64,000 bases of DNA. It comes from Phycisphaerae bacterium. GTDB lineage: Bacteria; Planctomycetota; Phycisphaerae; UBA1845; Fen-1342. Both the position numbers and the translations under genes were made by a program. Below the pieces are notes generated by a model. That model was not told where the DNA came from and made no database searches. It saw only the letters and a program-made list of their open reading frames with translations. Positions 1 through 12,541 of this stretch are shown here, in pieces. The stretch is taken from assembly GCA_963675745.2 (NCBI GenBank), contig CAXXWX010000006.1, positions 128,001-192,000 on the forward strand. Direction: 5' to 3'. Positions within the stretch are counted from its first letter, which is position 1, and each line of letters opens with the position of its first letter.

Positions 1-1162
1 CCGCGCCGGGGCCCACGCGCACGATGTACACCTTGATATCACCGGCCAGCGTGGCCGTGAGCCGCAGTGGGCTTTCATCCAGCAGTTCGAGGATTTCCTT
101 GGCCGCCGCCATCCCGGGACTGTACGATCGGTCGACCCCGATGTGATACAGCAGGTCCAGGTAGCGCGAGCGCTGCACGACCGCGATGGACTCGGTCACG
201 CCGCCGGCCTTGGCGAGCACGGAGCCGACGATGTTGTCCTCGTCGTGGTCAAGCAAGGCCACAAAGACGTCGGCCAGGCCGATTCGCTCCTCGGCGAACA
301 CGCTCTGGTCGGTGGGGTCGGTGTTCAGCACGGTGACCCAGTTGAGCTTGTCGGCCAACTCCTCGGCGCGTGCGCGCCTGGTTTCAAAAAGCCGGATCGA
401 CCAGGCGCGGGCGCGCAGTGCCCGACACAACCAGACCGCCATCGGCGTGCCGCCCATCATCACGACTTTCTGCCGTTGGGGCTTTTCTATGCGGAACTGC
501 TTGCGCGCATCGTCGAATACGTCGCTGTTCCCGATGAGCACCACCCGGTCACCCTTCTGAATCAGCGTAGCCGCATCGGGCAACAGCACCGTGGGACCCC
601 GGCGTACGGCGGCCAGGCGCGTGCGCTTGGGCATGCGCACTTCTTCCAGCGGATGCCCGACTGCCGGCGCGTTCTCACTGACCGGAAACTCATGCATGTC
701 TATCTGCTGGCCCGCGAAGTTCTCGATCGCCAACGCCGCCGGGTTGCGCAGTGATCGCGCGATGGCATGGGCCGTGGAATATTCGGGGCACAGCAGGCGG
801 TCGATTCCGAAGTGTTTTTCGTAATCCAGGTCACGCTGGTCAAAGAAAGCCCGGTGATGCAGCCGCGCAACCGACTTGCGCGCCCCCAGAGCGCGGCTGA
901 CCGAGGCGGCCACTATGTTGGCCTCATCGACGTTCGTGGCCGCGATGACCACATCCGCTTCGTGTGCGCCGGCGTCGCGCAGCACAATCGAGCTGGCGGC
1001 GTTGCCCTCGAGCGTACGCACGTCAAGGGCCTCGGTCATGGCGCGCAGCCGCTCGGGATCCGTGTCGATTACCGTGACCGAGTGTCCCGCGCCGGCCAGC
1101 ACCTCGGCGGTATGCCCGCCAACCTCGCCGACCCCGCAGATAATGATGTTCAGCGAACTCAC
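1..1162 (-). CDS. trkA: Trk system potassium uptake NAD-binding subunit (3' end runs off the window)
   Basis: Not in the ORF track. My translation from GTG 1162 reads MSSLNIIICGVGEVGGHTAEVLAGAGHSVTVIDTDPERL...LEGNAASSIVLRDAGAHEADVVIAATNVDEANIVAA, an RCK_N GxGxxG domain typical of TrkA. Confidence 0.9.
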   Translation of the reverse strand, partial: MSSLNIIICGVGEVGGHTAEVLAGAGHSVTVIDTDPERLRAMTEALDVRTLEGNAASSIVLRDAGAHEADVVIAATNVDEANIVAASVSRALGARKSVARLHHRAFFDQRDLDYEKHFGIDRLLCPEYSTAHAIARSLRNPAALAIENFAGQQIDMHEFPVSENAPAVGHPLEEVRMPKRTRLAAVRRGPTVLLPDAATLIQKGDRVVLIGNSDVFDDARKQFRIEKPQRQKVVMMGGTPMAVWLCRALRARAWSIRLFETRRARAEELADKLNWVTVLNTDPTDQSVFAEERIGLADVFVALLDHDEDNIVGSVLAKAGGVTESIAVVQRSRYLDLLYHIGVDRSYSPGMAAAKEILELLDESPLRLTATLAGDIKVYIVRVGPGA

Positions 1163-1312
1163 CTGTCGCGGCCCCTAGTCGTCCATCATCGAGGTTCACC
1201 TGCCAAATGACGGTTGCTAAGAGTACCTTAACGGCGCAGTGGCAACAATGCGGCCCGAAGCGCCAGGCCGTCACCGGCAACATCTCACGCACATTTGCGG
1301 CTTGGCGCGGGT

Positions 1313-1341
1313 TTGCGCGGAGCCTGGATCGGTGGTACAAT
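1313..1341 (+). promoter_or_regulatory. Putative sigma70 promoter (TTGCGC-N17-TACAAT with extended -10 TG)
   Basis: TTGCGC 1313-1318, 17-nt spacer, TG at 1333-1334, TACAAT 1336-1341. Points toward the structured RNA and sucA. Confidence 0.55.
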
Positions 1342-1464
1342 CCCGCGTCGGAGCGAATGAAGAGGCACGGACAGCGCGTACGCCGATGCACCTTCGGGAC
1401 ATTCGAGGGGGCATAACGGCGAAAATCACATTGACCGGTGCTCGCGGCCGGGCCGACAAGACCA

Positions 1465-1603
1465 CGCGGGCGGCGCTGCCGTCGACCGTGACCAGTACAT
1501 AGCAGCACTCGACGCAAGGGAGGCTTGAGGACCGGGTGTTCGCCTGACCAGGCGGGTGCCCGGCCCACTTTTCACGTCGTTCGGTCGGCGCTGCCGCCAG
1601 CGC
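1465..1603 (+). ncRNA. Candidate rod-shaped structured RNA, possibly 6S RNA
   Basis: Closing stems GGCGGC/GCCGCC and CGTCGACCG(1480-1488)/CGGTCGGCG(1582-1590), large central internal loop, GGGAG(1518-1522)...CCCAC(1564-1568), 14-bp apical hairpin 1532-1563. Folded by eye only. Confidence 0.4.
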
Positions 1604-1753
1604 TTAGGCGCCGGTTGCCGGAAACCGCGCTACACTGCGGGTAAGCCCGCATATACCCGACTATCATACTGGTCGGGTAGCATTGACTTGAAGACCATTG
1701 GCGGCCCGCGCCACGGGCGAGGCCGCTCGAAAGACCAAGGCCGATCACCAACC

Positions 1754-4542
<2,789 letters not shown>

Positions 4543-4546
<4 letters not shown>

Positions 4547-5778
4547 CCGTTGAACTGAAGGTGCCCAGCGCCGGCGAGTCGATCACCGAGGTGATGGTTG
4601 TCGAGTGGCACAAGTCCGTCGGCGACTTCGTTGAGGCTGATGAGACCGTGGTTGAGATTGAGACCGACAAGGCCTCGATGGAGGTGCCCGCGCCGGTGAG
4701 CGGCACGTTGACCAAGCAGTTTGTCGAGGCCGGCGGCACCGCCGCGCCAGGCGATCTGCTCGCCGAGTTCGAGCCGGGCAAAGCCCCGGCCGGTGCGAAC
4801 GACAACAGCGCCAAGGCGAAACCCGTTGCAGCCAAGCCGGCCGCCGGCGATTCCGATCAGGCTGCCGCCACGACGACAGAATCCGGCGCAGCCTCGCACG
4901 TAATGCCCGCAGCCCAACGTCTGCTCGCCGAGCATGGTCTTGAAGCCACGCAGGTCAAAGCTACCGGCCCCGGTGGCCGCTTGCTCAAGGAAGACGTCCA
5001 GCGTCACATCGCCGGCGACGACGGTCGCAAGGCGCCGAAGACCGAATCCCCCGCGGCGCCGCCCACCCCCGCCGGGCCACGCCACGAGGAAGTCGTGCCA
5101 ATGACGATGATGCGGCGTCGCATCGCCGAGCGCCTGGTTGACGCCCAGCACACGGCCGCGATGCTGACGACCTTTAACGAAGTTGATATGTCCGCCATCC
5201 TGTCGCTGCGCGCGACGTACAAGGAGCCGTTCGAGAAGAAGTACGGCATAAAGCTGGGCTTCATGTCATTCTTCGTCAAGGCCGCGATTGATGCCCTCAA
5301 GCTGGTTCCGGCCGTAAACTCCGAAATCCGCGGCACGGACGTCGTTTACAAGAATTACTATGACGTGGGCGTGGCGGTGAGCACCGACAAGGGGTTGGTC
5401 GTCCCGGTGCTGCGCAACGCGGAGCGGCTCAGCTTTGCCGAGATCGAAGTCGCCATCGCCGAGCTTGCCGCGCGGGCCCGCGATCGCAAGCTCGAACTCG
5501 ATGAGCTGCAAGGCGGCACTTTCACGATCACGAACGGCGGCATCTTTGGCTCGCTGCTGTCAACGCCCATCCTGAACCCGCCGCAAAGCGGCATCCTGGG
5601 CATGCACGCCATCAACAAACGGCCGATGGCACTCGACGACCAGGTGGTGATTCGTCCCATGATGTACGTGGCCCTGACTTATGACCACCGCGTCATCGAT
5701 GGCCGCGAGGCGGTGATGTTCCTCAAGCGCATCAAGGAGTGCATCGAAGACCCGTCGCGCATGCTGATGGAGGTTTGA
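4543..5778 (+). CDS. sucB: Dihydrolipoyllysine-residue succinyltransferase (E2)
   Basis: Lipoyl motif ETDKA, E3-binding [10 protein letters not shown] and catalytic [12 protein letters not shown] overlap with the sucA stop. Confidence 0.97.
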
Positions 5779-5805
5779 GGCGCGCCCGCTATCGCCGCGC
5801 CCGGG

Positions 5806-6801
5806 TCATCTTGGGGCCCCGCGGCCGAATTCGCGCGACGCGTGGTAGGTGGCCTTGTCGAAGAAAAGCGCGACGCGGCGATTGAGCTCGAGTCCGCGGT
5901 ACACGTCGATAGTTCGCTCCCACGAGCCATGCGAGCGCACGAACTCCCAGATGTGTTTCTTGAGCAGCGCCAGCGAGCTGATCAGTTCGTGTAGCTCGAT
6001 ACCCTGGGCTTTGTGCTGGCGCATCAGCGTTCGGTAGAACGCCGCCACTTCGCGGGGTGCCTCGGTGCCCCTCAGCCAGCGGCCGAGTTGGGTAATGACC
6101 CCCACCGCCGCCCCCAGCAGCGGGTCACGCTTGAGCGTGTGGTATGACGGCGTGGTTGCGTTGCGGCGCACATCTTCGAGCCACTGATGCGCGACCGTCT
6201 CGGCCCCCGCCTGGATCAGCTCCACCAGCGGATCGGAGAGCATCGCCTTGTCCTGGTGACTCTGTAGCGCGATGAACGAATCCTGTATTTCCCATTCCTG
6301 CATGTGCTCGTCGGCAAACCGCTCGAGCGCTCTCTCGTTGGCACTGAACGCCAGCGGCGGGTGGGCGCCGATCGGGAAATGGCTGACCGCCGCCGCATCA
6401 TCCCCCGGGTGCGGCTCACCTCCGGTGCGGCTGACCTCGAACGTTATCACCAGCAGGTCGCCGTAGTAGTCGCTGTACACCGAGTCCGCATCGAGCAGAC
6501 GGCGAACACACCCTTCCACGCCGGTTTCTTCGCGCAATTCGCGCAAGGCCGCATCCGCGATTGACTCGCCGGTCTCCGCGAATCCCATGGGCAAACACCA
6601 CATGCCCGCGTGCGGCTCGTTCTTGCGGCGCACCAGCATCACCTCACGCCGGTTGTTGCAGACGATCGACGCGGCGACCGGCAGTGGATTCTCGTAGAAG
6701 ATAGTGTTGCAGGATGGGCACACGACTCGCCGCCGGCCCTCGATCTCGCGGGTCGTCACAGATTCACCGCAGTGCGCGCAATACTTGGGCTTCAGCGGCA
6801 T
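5806..6801 (-). CDS. Zinc-ribbon Nudix hydrolase fused to a C-terminal helical (RsbRD_N/globin-like) domain
   Basis: CAHC..CPSC zinc ribbon and Nudix box GFAETGESIADAALRELREETG, followed by a ~145-aa all-helical C-terminal domain. Confidence 0.8.
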   Translation of the reverse strand: MPLKPKYCAHCGESVTTREIEGRRRVVCPSCNTIFYENPLPVAASIVCNNRREVMLVRRKNEPHAGMWCLPMGFAETGESIADAALRELREETGVEGCVRRLLDADSVYSDYYGDLLVITFEVSRTGGEPHPGDDAAAVSHFPIGAHPPLAFSANERALERFADEHMQEWEIQDSFIALQSHQDKAMLSDPLVELIQAGAETVAHQWLEDVRRNATTPSYHTLKRDPLLGAAVGVITQLGRWLRGTEAPREVAAFYRTLMRQHKAQGIELHELISSLALLKKHIWEFVRSHGSWERTIDVYRGLELNRRVALFFDKATYHASREFGRGAPR

Positions 6802-7595
6802 TTGGATCCCTTGCAGCGAAAAATCACGTCGCTTTTCTCGAGCGCCAGTATGTCCGCATGATCCAGCGCGCGCTGTGCTGCCCGCGCCAACTCCGATGGC
6901 AGCGCGTCGCCGGCGCGCGAGCCGGGTGCCAGCAGTGGGAGCTTGAAGCGCAAGAACGTGAGCCAGTCATCGCCGTGCCGCGCCGAGAACTCGAGCGTGT
7001 TGTGAAAGTCGATGCGCTCCATCGATCCCAGTGATGCGGACAGCAGATCCGCGCCGTTCTCGGCCGAGAACCGCTCAATCAACGCCATCAGCGGCGAGTC
7101 TCGTTCGGGCAATCCCAGTGTGCGCAACAGCCCGCGGCACGAGTCCGCCGTGTGCGTCACCGCGATGAACAGGCCGGCGGGTTTCAGCACGCGCGCGATT
7201 TCCGGGATAAGGGCGGGGAAGAAGTACAACGAGTATGACGCGAGGACCAGATCGAATTGGCCATCCTCGCACGAGATGCGGTCCTCGAGCGAGTCTTCGA
7301 CAAAGTTGCACTGCACGGGATATTCGCTCATGCGGTCGAGAAACGGCTGCCGGTTGCCGGCACAGGCATCGACGCCGACGATGCTGGCGCCGGACGGCAG
7401 GCGTCGCGCGACGGCGTCGGTCATGAAGCCGTACCCGCAGCCCAGGTCGAGCACGCTGCGCGTGGACGACAGATCAAGGCCGCGCAGTGCCTCCTCGCGC
7501 ACGTCGGCGCGGTTGGTGGACCGCCGCCGTATCAGCGCGGAGATTCCCGCATGGAGTGCCGTGTCCTCAAACGCAGATAGAGATTCGCTGGCCAT
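6792..7595 (-). CDS. Class I SAM-dependent methyltransferase
   Basis: VLDLGCGYG, VGVD, FDLVLASYSLYF, RVLKPAG. Its stop overlaps the Nudix start. Confidence 0.88.
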   Translation of the reverse strand: MASESLSAFEDTALHAGISALIRRRSTNRADVREEALRGLDLSSTRSVLDLGCGYGFMTDAVARRLPSGASIVGVDACAGNRQPFLDRMSEYPVQCNFVEDSLEDRISCEDGQFDLVLASYSLYFFPALIPEIARVLKPAGLFIAVTHTADSCRGLLRTLGLPERDSPLMALIERFSAENGADLLSASLGSMERIDFHNTLEFSARHGDDWLTFLRFKLPLLAPGSRAGDALPSELARAAQRALDHADILALEKSDVIFRCKGSKCR

Positions 7596-7747
7596 CGCGC
7601 GGATTATCCCCCGAATCGGCGCACGTTTCAAAAGCAGGTTCCGGTAACAAAGATGCGTCGGGTGGGTCGAGCGCAGCGAGACCTGTCGTTGTGGTCTATA
7701 CTTGGGCTTTCGACACGTGGCGGATGTTTACCCCCCAGGAGGTTCTT

Positions 7748-8749
7748 GTGCCCTACGAACGCGAGCGCGATGTGGCGGTGGAAGCTGTGGTCCAGGCGTG
7801 CCGGCTTTGCGCCGCGGTGCAGGAGAGTCTTGTCTCGGCGGACACGATCGCGAAGAAGGACCGTTCGCCGGTCACCGTGGCGGACTTCGGCGCGCAGGCG
7901 CTGGTGTCGCTCGAACTGACCGACGCGTTCCCGCGCGTCCCCCTGGTGGGCGAGGAAGACGCCGACACGCTGCGTGGCGCCGATGGTGCCGGCCTGCGCG
8001 ACCAGGTGTTTGCGCGCGTCAGCGCCCTGCGCCCCGCGCTGACATGCGAGCAGATGCTGGATGCCATCGACTACGGCCGACACGCCGGCGGGGCCGCCGG
8101 ACGCTTCTGGGTGCTCGACCCCATCGACGGCACGAAGGGCTTTTTGCGCAAGCAGCAATACGCGGTTGCGTTGGCCCTGATCGAGGACGGCCGTCCCGTG
8201 CTGGGTGTGCTGGGCTGTCCGAACCTGCCGCTCGACAGCGCTGACGACGACGGCCCCCGCGGATGCGTTTTCCATGCAATGCGCGGCGACGGCGCGTATG
8301 TCCGCGCCCTGGATGAGACCGCCGCGCGGCCCGTGAGCGTCTCCGACATTGCCGACGCGGCCGGGGCCAGCTTCTGCGAGTCTGTCGAGAGCGCCCATAC
8401 CAACCAGAGTACCAACGCACGGATCGCGGCTGAACTGGGTGTCACCCGGCCGCCTTTTCGCATCGACAGCCAGTGCAAATACGCGGCGATCGCGCGCGGC
8501 GACAGCTCGATCTATCTGCGCATGCCTTCCCGCAAAGACTACACCGAGAAAATCTGGGACCACGCCGCCGGCTGGATGATCGTCAAAGAGGCGGGTGGCG
8601 AGGTATCGGACATCCACGGCAAGCCACTAGATTTCTCCCGCGGTCGCACGCTGGTGGGGAACCAAGGCGTCGTCGCCACGAATGGCAAACTGCACGCCCA
8701 GCTAATCGCCGCCATCCAAAGCGTCGCCGGCGCATTCGGTTGCCAGTGA
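7748..8749 (+). CDS. 3'(2'),5'-bisphosphate nucleotidase, HAL2/SAL1-like (inositol monophosphatase superfamily)
   Basis: SPVTVADF, GEED, WVLDPIDGTKGF, SQCKY, EKIWDHAAG. AGGAGG precedes GTG 7748. Confidence 0.9.
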   Translation: MPYERERDVAVEAVVQACRLCAAVQESLVSADTIAKKDRSPVTVADFGAQALVSLELTDAFPRVPLVGEEDADTLRGADGAGLRDQVFARVSALRPALTCEQMLDAIDYGRHAGGAAGRFWVLDPIDGTKGFLRKQQYAVALALIEDGRPVLGVLGCPNLPLDSADDDGPRGCVFHAMRGDGAYVRALDETAARPVSVSDIADAAGASFCESVESAHTNQSTNARIAAELGVTRPPFRIDSQCKYAAIARGDSSIYLRMPSRKDYTEKIWDHAAGWMIVKEAGGEVSDIHGKPLDFSRGRTLVGNQGVVATNGKLHAQLIAAIQSVAGAFGCQ

Positions 8750-9376
8750 TTGCATGAACTGATCGATTGTCGCCAGGCGCTGGCGGGCCATTTGTTTGGC
8801 CGTGTCGGTGCGCAGGCTGTCGCTGATGCGCGCCTCCCAGTAGCGGTACTCTTTCTGGCGTTGCCACTTTTCCAGCAGGTCGGTGAGCGGCCGGCCTTCC
8901 CACTCGTATTGGCGGAACTGCCGCAGCATGTGCGCGACGCCCATTTCGGCCAGGCTCTCGGCTTCGCTGAGCACGTGCGTCTCGGGCATGTCCGCCTCGC
9001 GATCATTGCACTGGCGGATCGCGTCCATGGCGACGAATAGCACGTCCGCCGGCACCAGCGGGCTGATGTGCTCTTTGAGCATCGAGGCCGCCAGCTCGCG
9101 CTGTACATCGCTGGTCGGCCGGCCGAGCATCTGCCAGTGATTCACCTCGCCGCTGCGGACATGCGTGGCCCACCCGGCGTTGCTGAACAGCCCCGCCAGG
9201 GCCGCCGCCGTGCGGTTTATGCTCACGGCGGTGCGATCGGGCAGATTCGCGAGAGCGTGCGTGAGCAGCATGACGCGCTCGCTATGTTCCCATAGCCAGA
9301 GATCCTCACGCCCGGATGGCGTCTGGACAACCAGCAGTTCACGTGCCCGCTCACGGACGCGGTCGAGCGTATCCAC
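8702..9376 (-). CDS. HD-fold protein with degenerate metal-binding motif
   Basis: EHSERV, LAGLFSNAG (at the usual HD position), LSEAESLAEMG, and C-terminal TDTAKQMARQR..IDQF. GGAG precedes GTG 9376. Confidence 0.6.
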   Translation of the reverse strand: MDTLDRVRERARELLVVQTPSGREDLWLWEHSERVMLLTHALANLPDRTAVSINRTAAALAGLFSNAGWATHVRSGEVNHWQMLGRPTSDVQRELAASMLKEHISPLVPADVLFVAMDAIRQCNDREADMPETHVLSEAESLAEMGVAHMLRQFRQYEWEGRPLTDLLEKWQRQKEYRYWEARISDSLRTDTAKQMARQRLATIDQFMQSLATECAGDALDGGD

Positions 9377-9741
9377 GATGTTCTCCCAGGACGACACGTA
9401 AACCGGCGGTTGTCGGCCAAGCGGGCCGTCTCGCACCGCAGCAGCGGCGATTTGCCCCCCCGATCTCCGCGCACAACATCATACCGGCCCCGCGTGGCGC
9501 GCCAAACGGCGCCGGCAAGCCGATATCGGAAGCGGCGTGGACGCGGCCGGCCCCCGCCGCCGATAGTGCGGATGGGGCGCGCCGCAAAATGTTGCCCGCC
9601 CCAGGTAAAATCCCCCCGTGAATCGACCGATCAGACTACTGGCCGGCGCGATTGGTATGTCGGCTTGGCGGGGGGGCCAAGCGGGAGTGGTTGCCGGAGG
9701 GTCATTGGAGCGCGAAGCACCATACGTACAGGGAGCACTCA

Positions 9742-10659
9742 ATGGGTTTGTTGACCACATCGTCGAAGACAAGTAAGCCCGCACCGGCGTCGCCCGCGAC
9801 TGGCGGATTGCCGGAGCACTTGCAGCGCGCGATGGCGAAGGTAACCGAGCTAAGCTCGCTTCCGGAGATCACGGCGCGGATTGTGGAAGTTGTCGAAGAT
9901 CCCCGCGCGACCGCCAGCGACATGCACGATATAGTCAAGAATGATCCGGCCCTGGCGTCGAAGATTCTCAAGGTTGTGAACTCGGCGTTCTATGGCCTGC
10001 CGGCACAGGTTGCCAGTCTGGATCGTGCAATCCTCATGCTCGGCCTGAGCGCGGTCAAGAACATCGCACTGGCCGCATCGCTGGCACGCCTCTTCAAGCC
10101 CGGCGCACTCTCCGAGCAATTCACGGCCCGCGATTTGTGGCGCCATTGCGTCGCGGTCGGCGTGTGCGGCCGCCAACTGACCAAGGCTTCGACCGGGATC
10201 CAGGACGGAGAGGCCTTCGTGGCGGGGCTCGTTCACGATTTGGGCCTGCTGGTCGAGTATCAGCTCTTTCCCGACAAGCTCAAGGAGGTTATCAACCGTT
10301 CGCACGCGGACGAGAAAACTTTCTGCGAGCTCGAAATGGCCGTTATCGAGGCCGATCACCAGGCCTTCGGAGCCGCGCTGGCGGCCAAGTGGAAATTCCC
10401 CCCAGCGCTGCGCAGCGTGATTTCGCACCATCACAACCCGCTTACGCTCAAGCCCGAGCTGATGAAGATTGCCACCGTAGCCCACATCGCCGACACCATC
10501 TGCTGCGAGCAGCAACACGGCTTCTGGCTCACCGCCGCGCGCCAGACCGTCACCGACGAAGTGTTGGAAGTGCTCGCTATCAGGCGCGAGACGCTCGAAG
10601 AAATCGCCGAGAATCTGCCCGAGCAGGTCGAGGAAGCCCAGCGCGTCTTCGGCGACTAA
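9742..10659 (+). CDS. HDOD domain protein
   Basis: LSSLP, DPALASKILKVVNSAFYG, AILMLG, AGLVHDLG, DHQAFGAALAAKWKFP, HH. Confidence 0.92.
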   Translation: MGLLTTSSKTSKPAPASPATGGLPEHLQRAMAKVTELSSLPEITARIVEVVEDPRATASDMHDIVKNDPALASKILKVVNSAFYGLPAQVASLDRAILMLGLSAVKNIALAASLARLFKPGALSEQFTARDLWRHCVAVGVCGRQLTKASTGIQDGEAFVAGLVHDLGLLVEYQLFPDKLKEVINRSHADEKTFCELEMAVIEADHQAFGAALAAKWKFPPALRSVISHHHNPLTLKPELMKIATVAHIADTICCEQQHGFWLTAARQTVTDEVLEVLAIRRETLEEIAENLPEQVEEAQRVFGD

Positions 10660-10750
10660 GCGCGAGACAACGAACTGGCATCGAACGCGTTGCGGCCCTC
10701 GTGTCAGAAGGCCGTAACGCGTTCGCCGTTAATGGACCAAGCGGCACTCG

Positions 10751-12352
10751 TCACACGGCGGATGGTGCCGCATCGGTGGCGTAATCCGGCATCTCCTCGA
10801 TCTGTGCGTAGTTCTTCTCGAACAGGTCAGCCAATTCGCGAGCCTTGGCATCATACTTATCGCCATTGTCCCACGTGTTACGCGGCGTGAGGAGGTTTTG
10901 GGGAACGTTGGGGCAGGCGCGCGGCATTTCGAGGTCGAAAACGGGATGGGTCTCATAGTTGACGGCGTCCAATGCGCCGGTCAACGCCGCGCGTATCATG
11001 GCGCGCGTATTGCGCAGCTTGATCCGGCTTCCGACGCCGAACGGGCCGCCGCTCCAGCCGGTGTTGACCAGCCAGACCTTGACGTTGTGGGCGTCGATTT
11101 TTGAGCCGAGCAGTTTGGCATAGATGCTAGGTCTCAGCGGGAGGAACGGCGCGCCGAAACACGACGAGAAAGTGGCCTGTGGTTCGCTGCCGAGGCCCGC
11201 CTCGGTGCCGGCGAGTTTGGCCGTATACCCGGAGAGGAAGTGATACATGGCCTGATCGCGTGTGAGCCGGGAAATTGGGGGCAGGACGCCGAAGGCATCG
11301 CAGGTCAGGAAGATGATGTTGTTTGGGTGGCCGCCGATGGATGGTTCGCAGGCGTTACTGATGTGGTGCAGCGGGTATGCGGCGCGGGTATTCTCGGTGA
11401 TGGAGTCATCGTCGAAGCAGATGGTGTGGGTGTATGGAGCGATGACGACGTTTTCGAGGACGGCCCCGAAACGGATGGCGTCAAAGATCTGTGGCTCGTC
11501 CTGGGTGGAGAGCCCGATAACCTTGGCGTAACAGCCACCCTCGAAGTTGAACACACCATCCGCGCCCCAGCCGTGCTCATCGTCGCCGATCAGGCGCCGG
11601 TCGGGATCAGCCGAGAGGGTTGTCTTGCCGGTCCCGCTGAGTCCGAAAAACAGCGTGACATCGCGCTCGTCGCTGATGTTGGCCGAGCAGTGCATCGGCA
11701 ACACGTCGCGGAACGGTAGCAAGTAGTTCAGCACCGTGAAGACCGACTTCTTGATTTCCCCGGCATAGCCCGTGCCGCCGATGAGCACCATTTTCTTCTC
11801 AAAGCTGAGCAGCACGAACGCCTCCGAGTTGACCCCATCGTGACGCGGAACGGCGCGGTAGTTGGGAGCGCATACGATCGTGAAGTCGGGCTCGAAGTCG
11901 GCGGTCGCACCCACTCCGGGCCGAATGAGGAGCTGCTTGGCGAAGAGGCTGTGCCAGGCCAGCTCCGTGATCACGCGGATTTTGAAGCGATGCGCAGGAT
12001 GCGCACCCGCATACATGTCCTGCACAAAGACATCCTGGTGGGCGAGGAAGCTGTACATGCGATCGCGCAAGGCGTCAAAAGAGGAGGCCTCAATAGCGCG
12101 GTTGACCTTGCCCCAGTGGATATTCGCCTCAGTGGCCGGCTCGCGCACCAGGAACTTGTCGTTTGGAGAGCGGCCCGTGCGCTCTCCCGTGCGGGTCACC
12201 AGCGCGCCGTTTACCGATAGGCGGCCCTCGCCGCGCGCCAGCGCCTGCTCCATCAGCGACGCGGGTGAGAGATTCCAGAAGGCGCGCCCCTGGTGCTCGA
12301 AGCCGATGGTCTCCAGGCCGTAGCGGCTGGGAAACAGCTCCTGCTCTTTCAT
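10751..12352 (-). CDS. pckA: Phosphoenolpyruvate carboxykinase (ATP)
   Basis: TGRSPNDK, YAGEIKK, FFGLSGTGKTTLS, LIGDDEHGW, NFEGGCYAK, TENTR. Confidence 0.97.
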   Translation of the reverse strand: MKEQELFPSRYGLETIGFEHQGRAFWNLSPASLMEQALARGEGRLSVNGALVTRTGERTGRSPNDKFLVREPATEANIHWGKVNRAIEASSFDALRDRMYSFLAHQDVFVQDMYAGAHPAHRFKIRVITELAWHSLFAKQLLIRPGVGATADFEPDFTIVCAPNYRAVPRHDGVNSEAFVLLSFEKKMVLIGGTGYAGEIKKSVFTVLNYLLPFRDVLPMHCSANISDERDVTLFFGLSGTGKTTLSADPDRRLIGDDEHGWGADGVFNFEGGCYAKVIGLSTQDEPQIFDAIRFGAVLENVVIAPYTHTICFDDDSITENTRAAYPLHHISNACEPSIGGHPNNIIFLTCDAFGVLPPISRLTRDQAMYHFLSGYTAKLAGTEAGLGSEPQATFSSCFGAPFLPLRPSIYAKLLGSKIDAHNVKVWLVNTGWSGGPFGVGSRIKLRNTRAMIRAALTGALDAVNYETHPVFDLEMPRACPNVPQNLLTPRNTWDNGDKYDAKARELADLFEKNYAQIEEMPDYATDAAPSAV

Positions 12353-12541
12353 GTTGGCTCCTCTATTAACCGGGATTGATACCCGTTTGCCCAAACACCG
12401 CCCGCGGCCGGGGCCACCATCGGGAACCCGGCCTGAGACCGCATGCGTCGTCACCGACAGCTTTAACCCCGGTGTCCATCATGGGACCGCCGCGGATGTT
12501 CGATATTAGTCGTAGAAGCAGGAATGATCCGGAGACACTCT

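Noticed and set aside
143..1210. Plus-strand ORFs over trkA, and the many similar antisense or alternate-frame ORFs (for example 50455-51762, 49107-50213, 60895-62001, 38039-39250)
   Set aside because: These are shadow ORFs typical of high-GC DNA. They overlap well-supported genes and carry no recognisable motifs.
1163..1460. c-di-AMP (ydaO) riboswitch upstream of trkA
   Set aside because: I could not find the expected conserved segments on the minus strand by eye. The strong structure in this region favours the plus strand.
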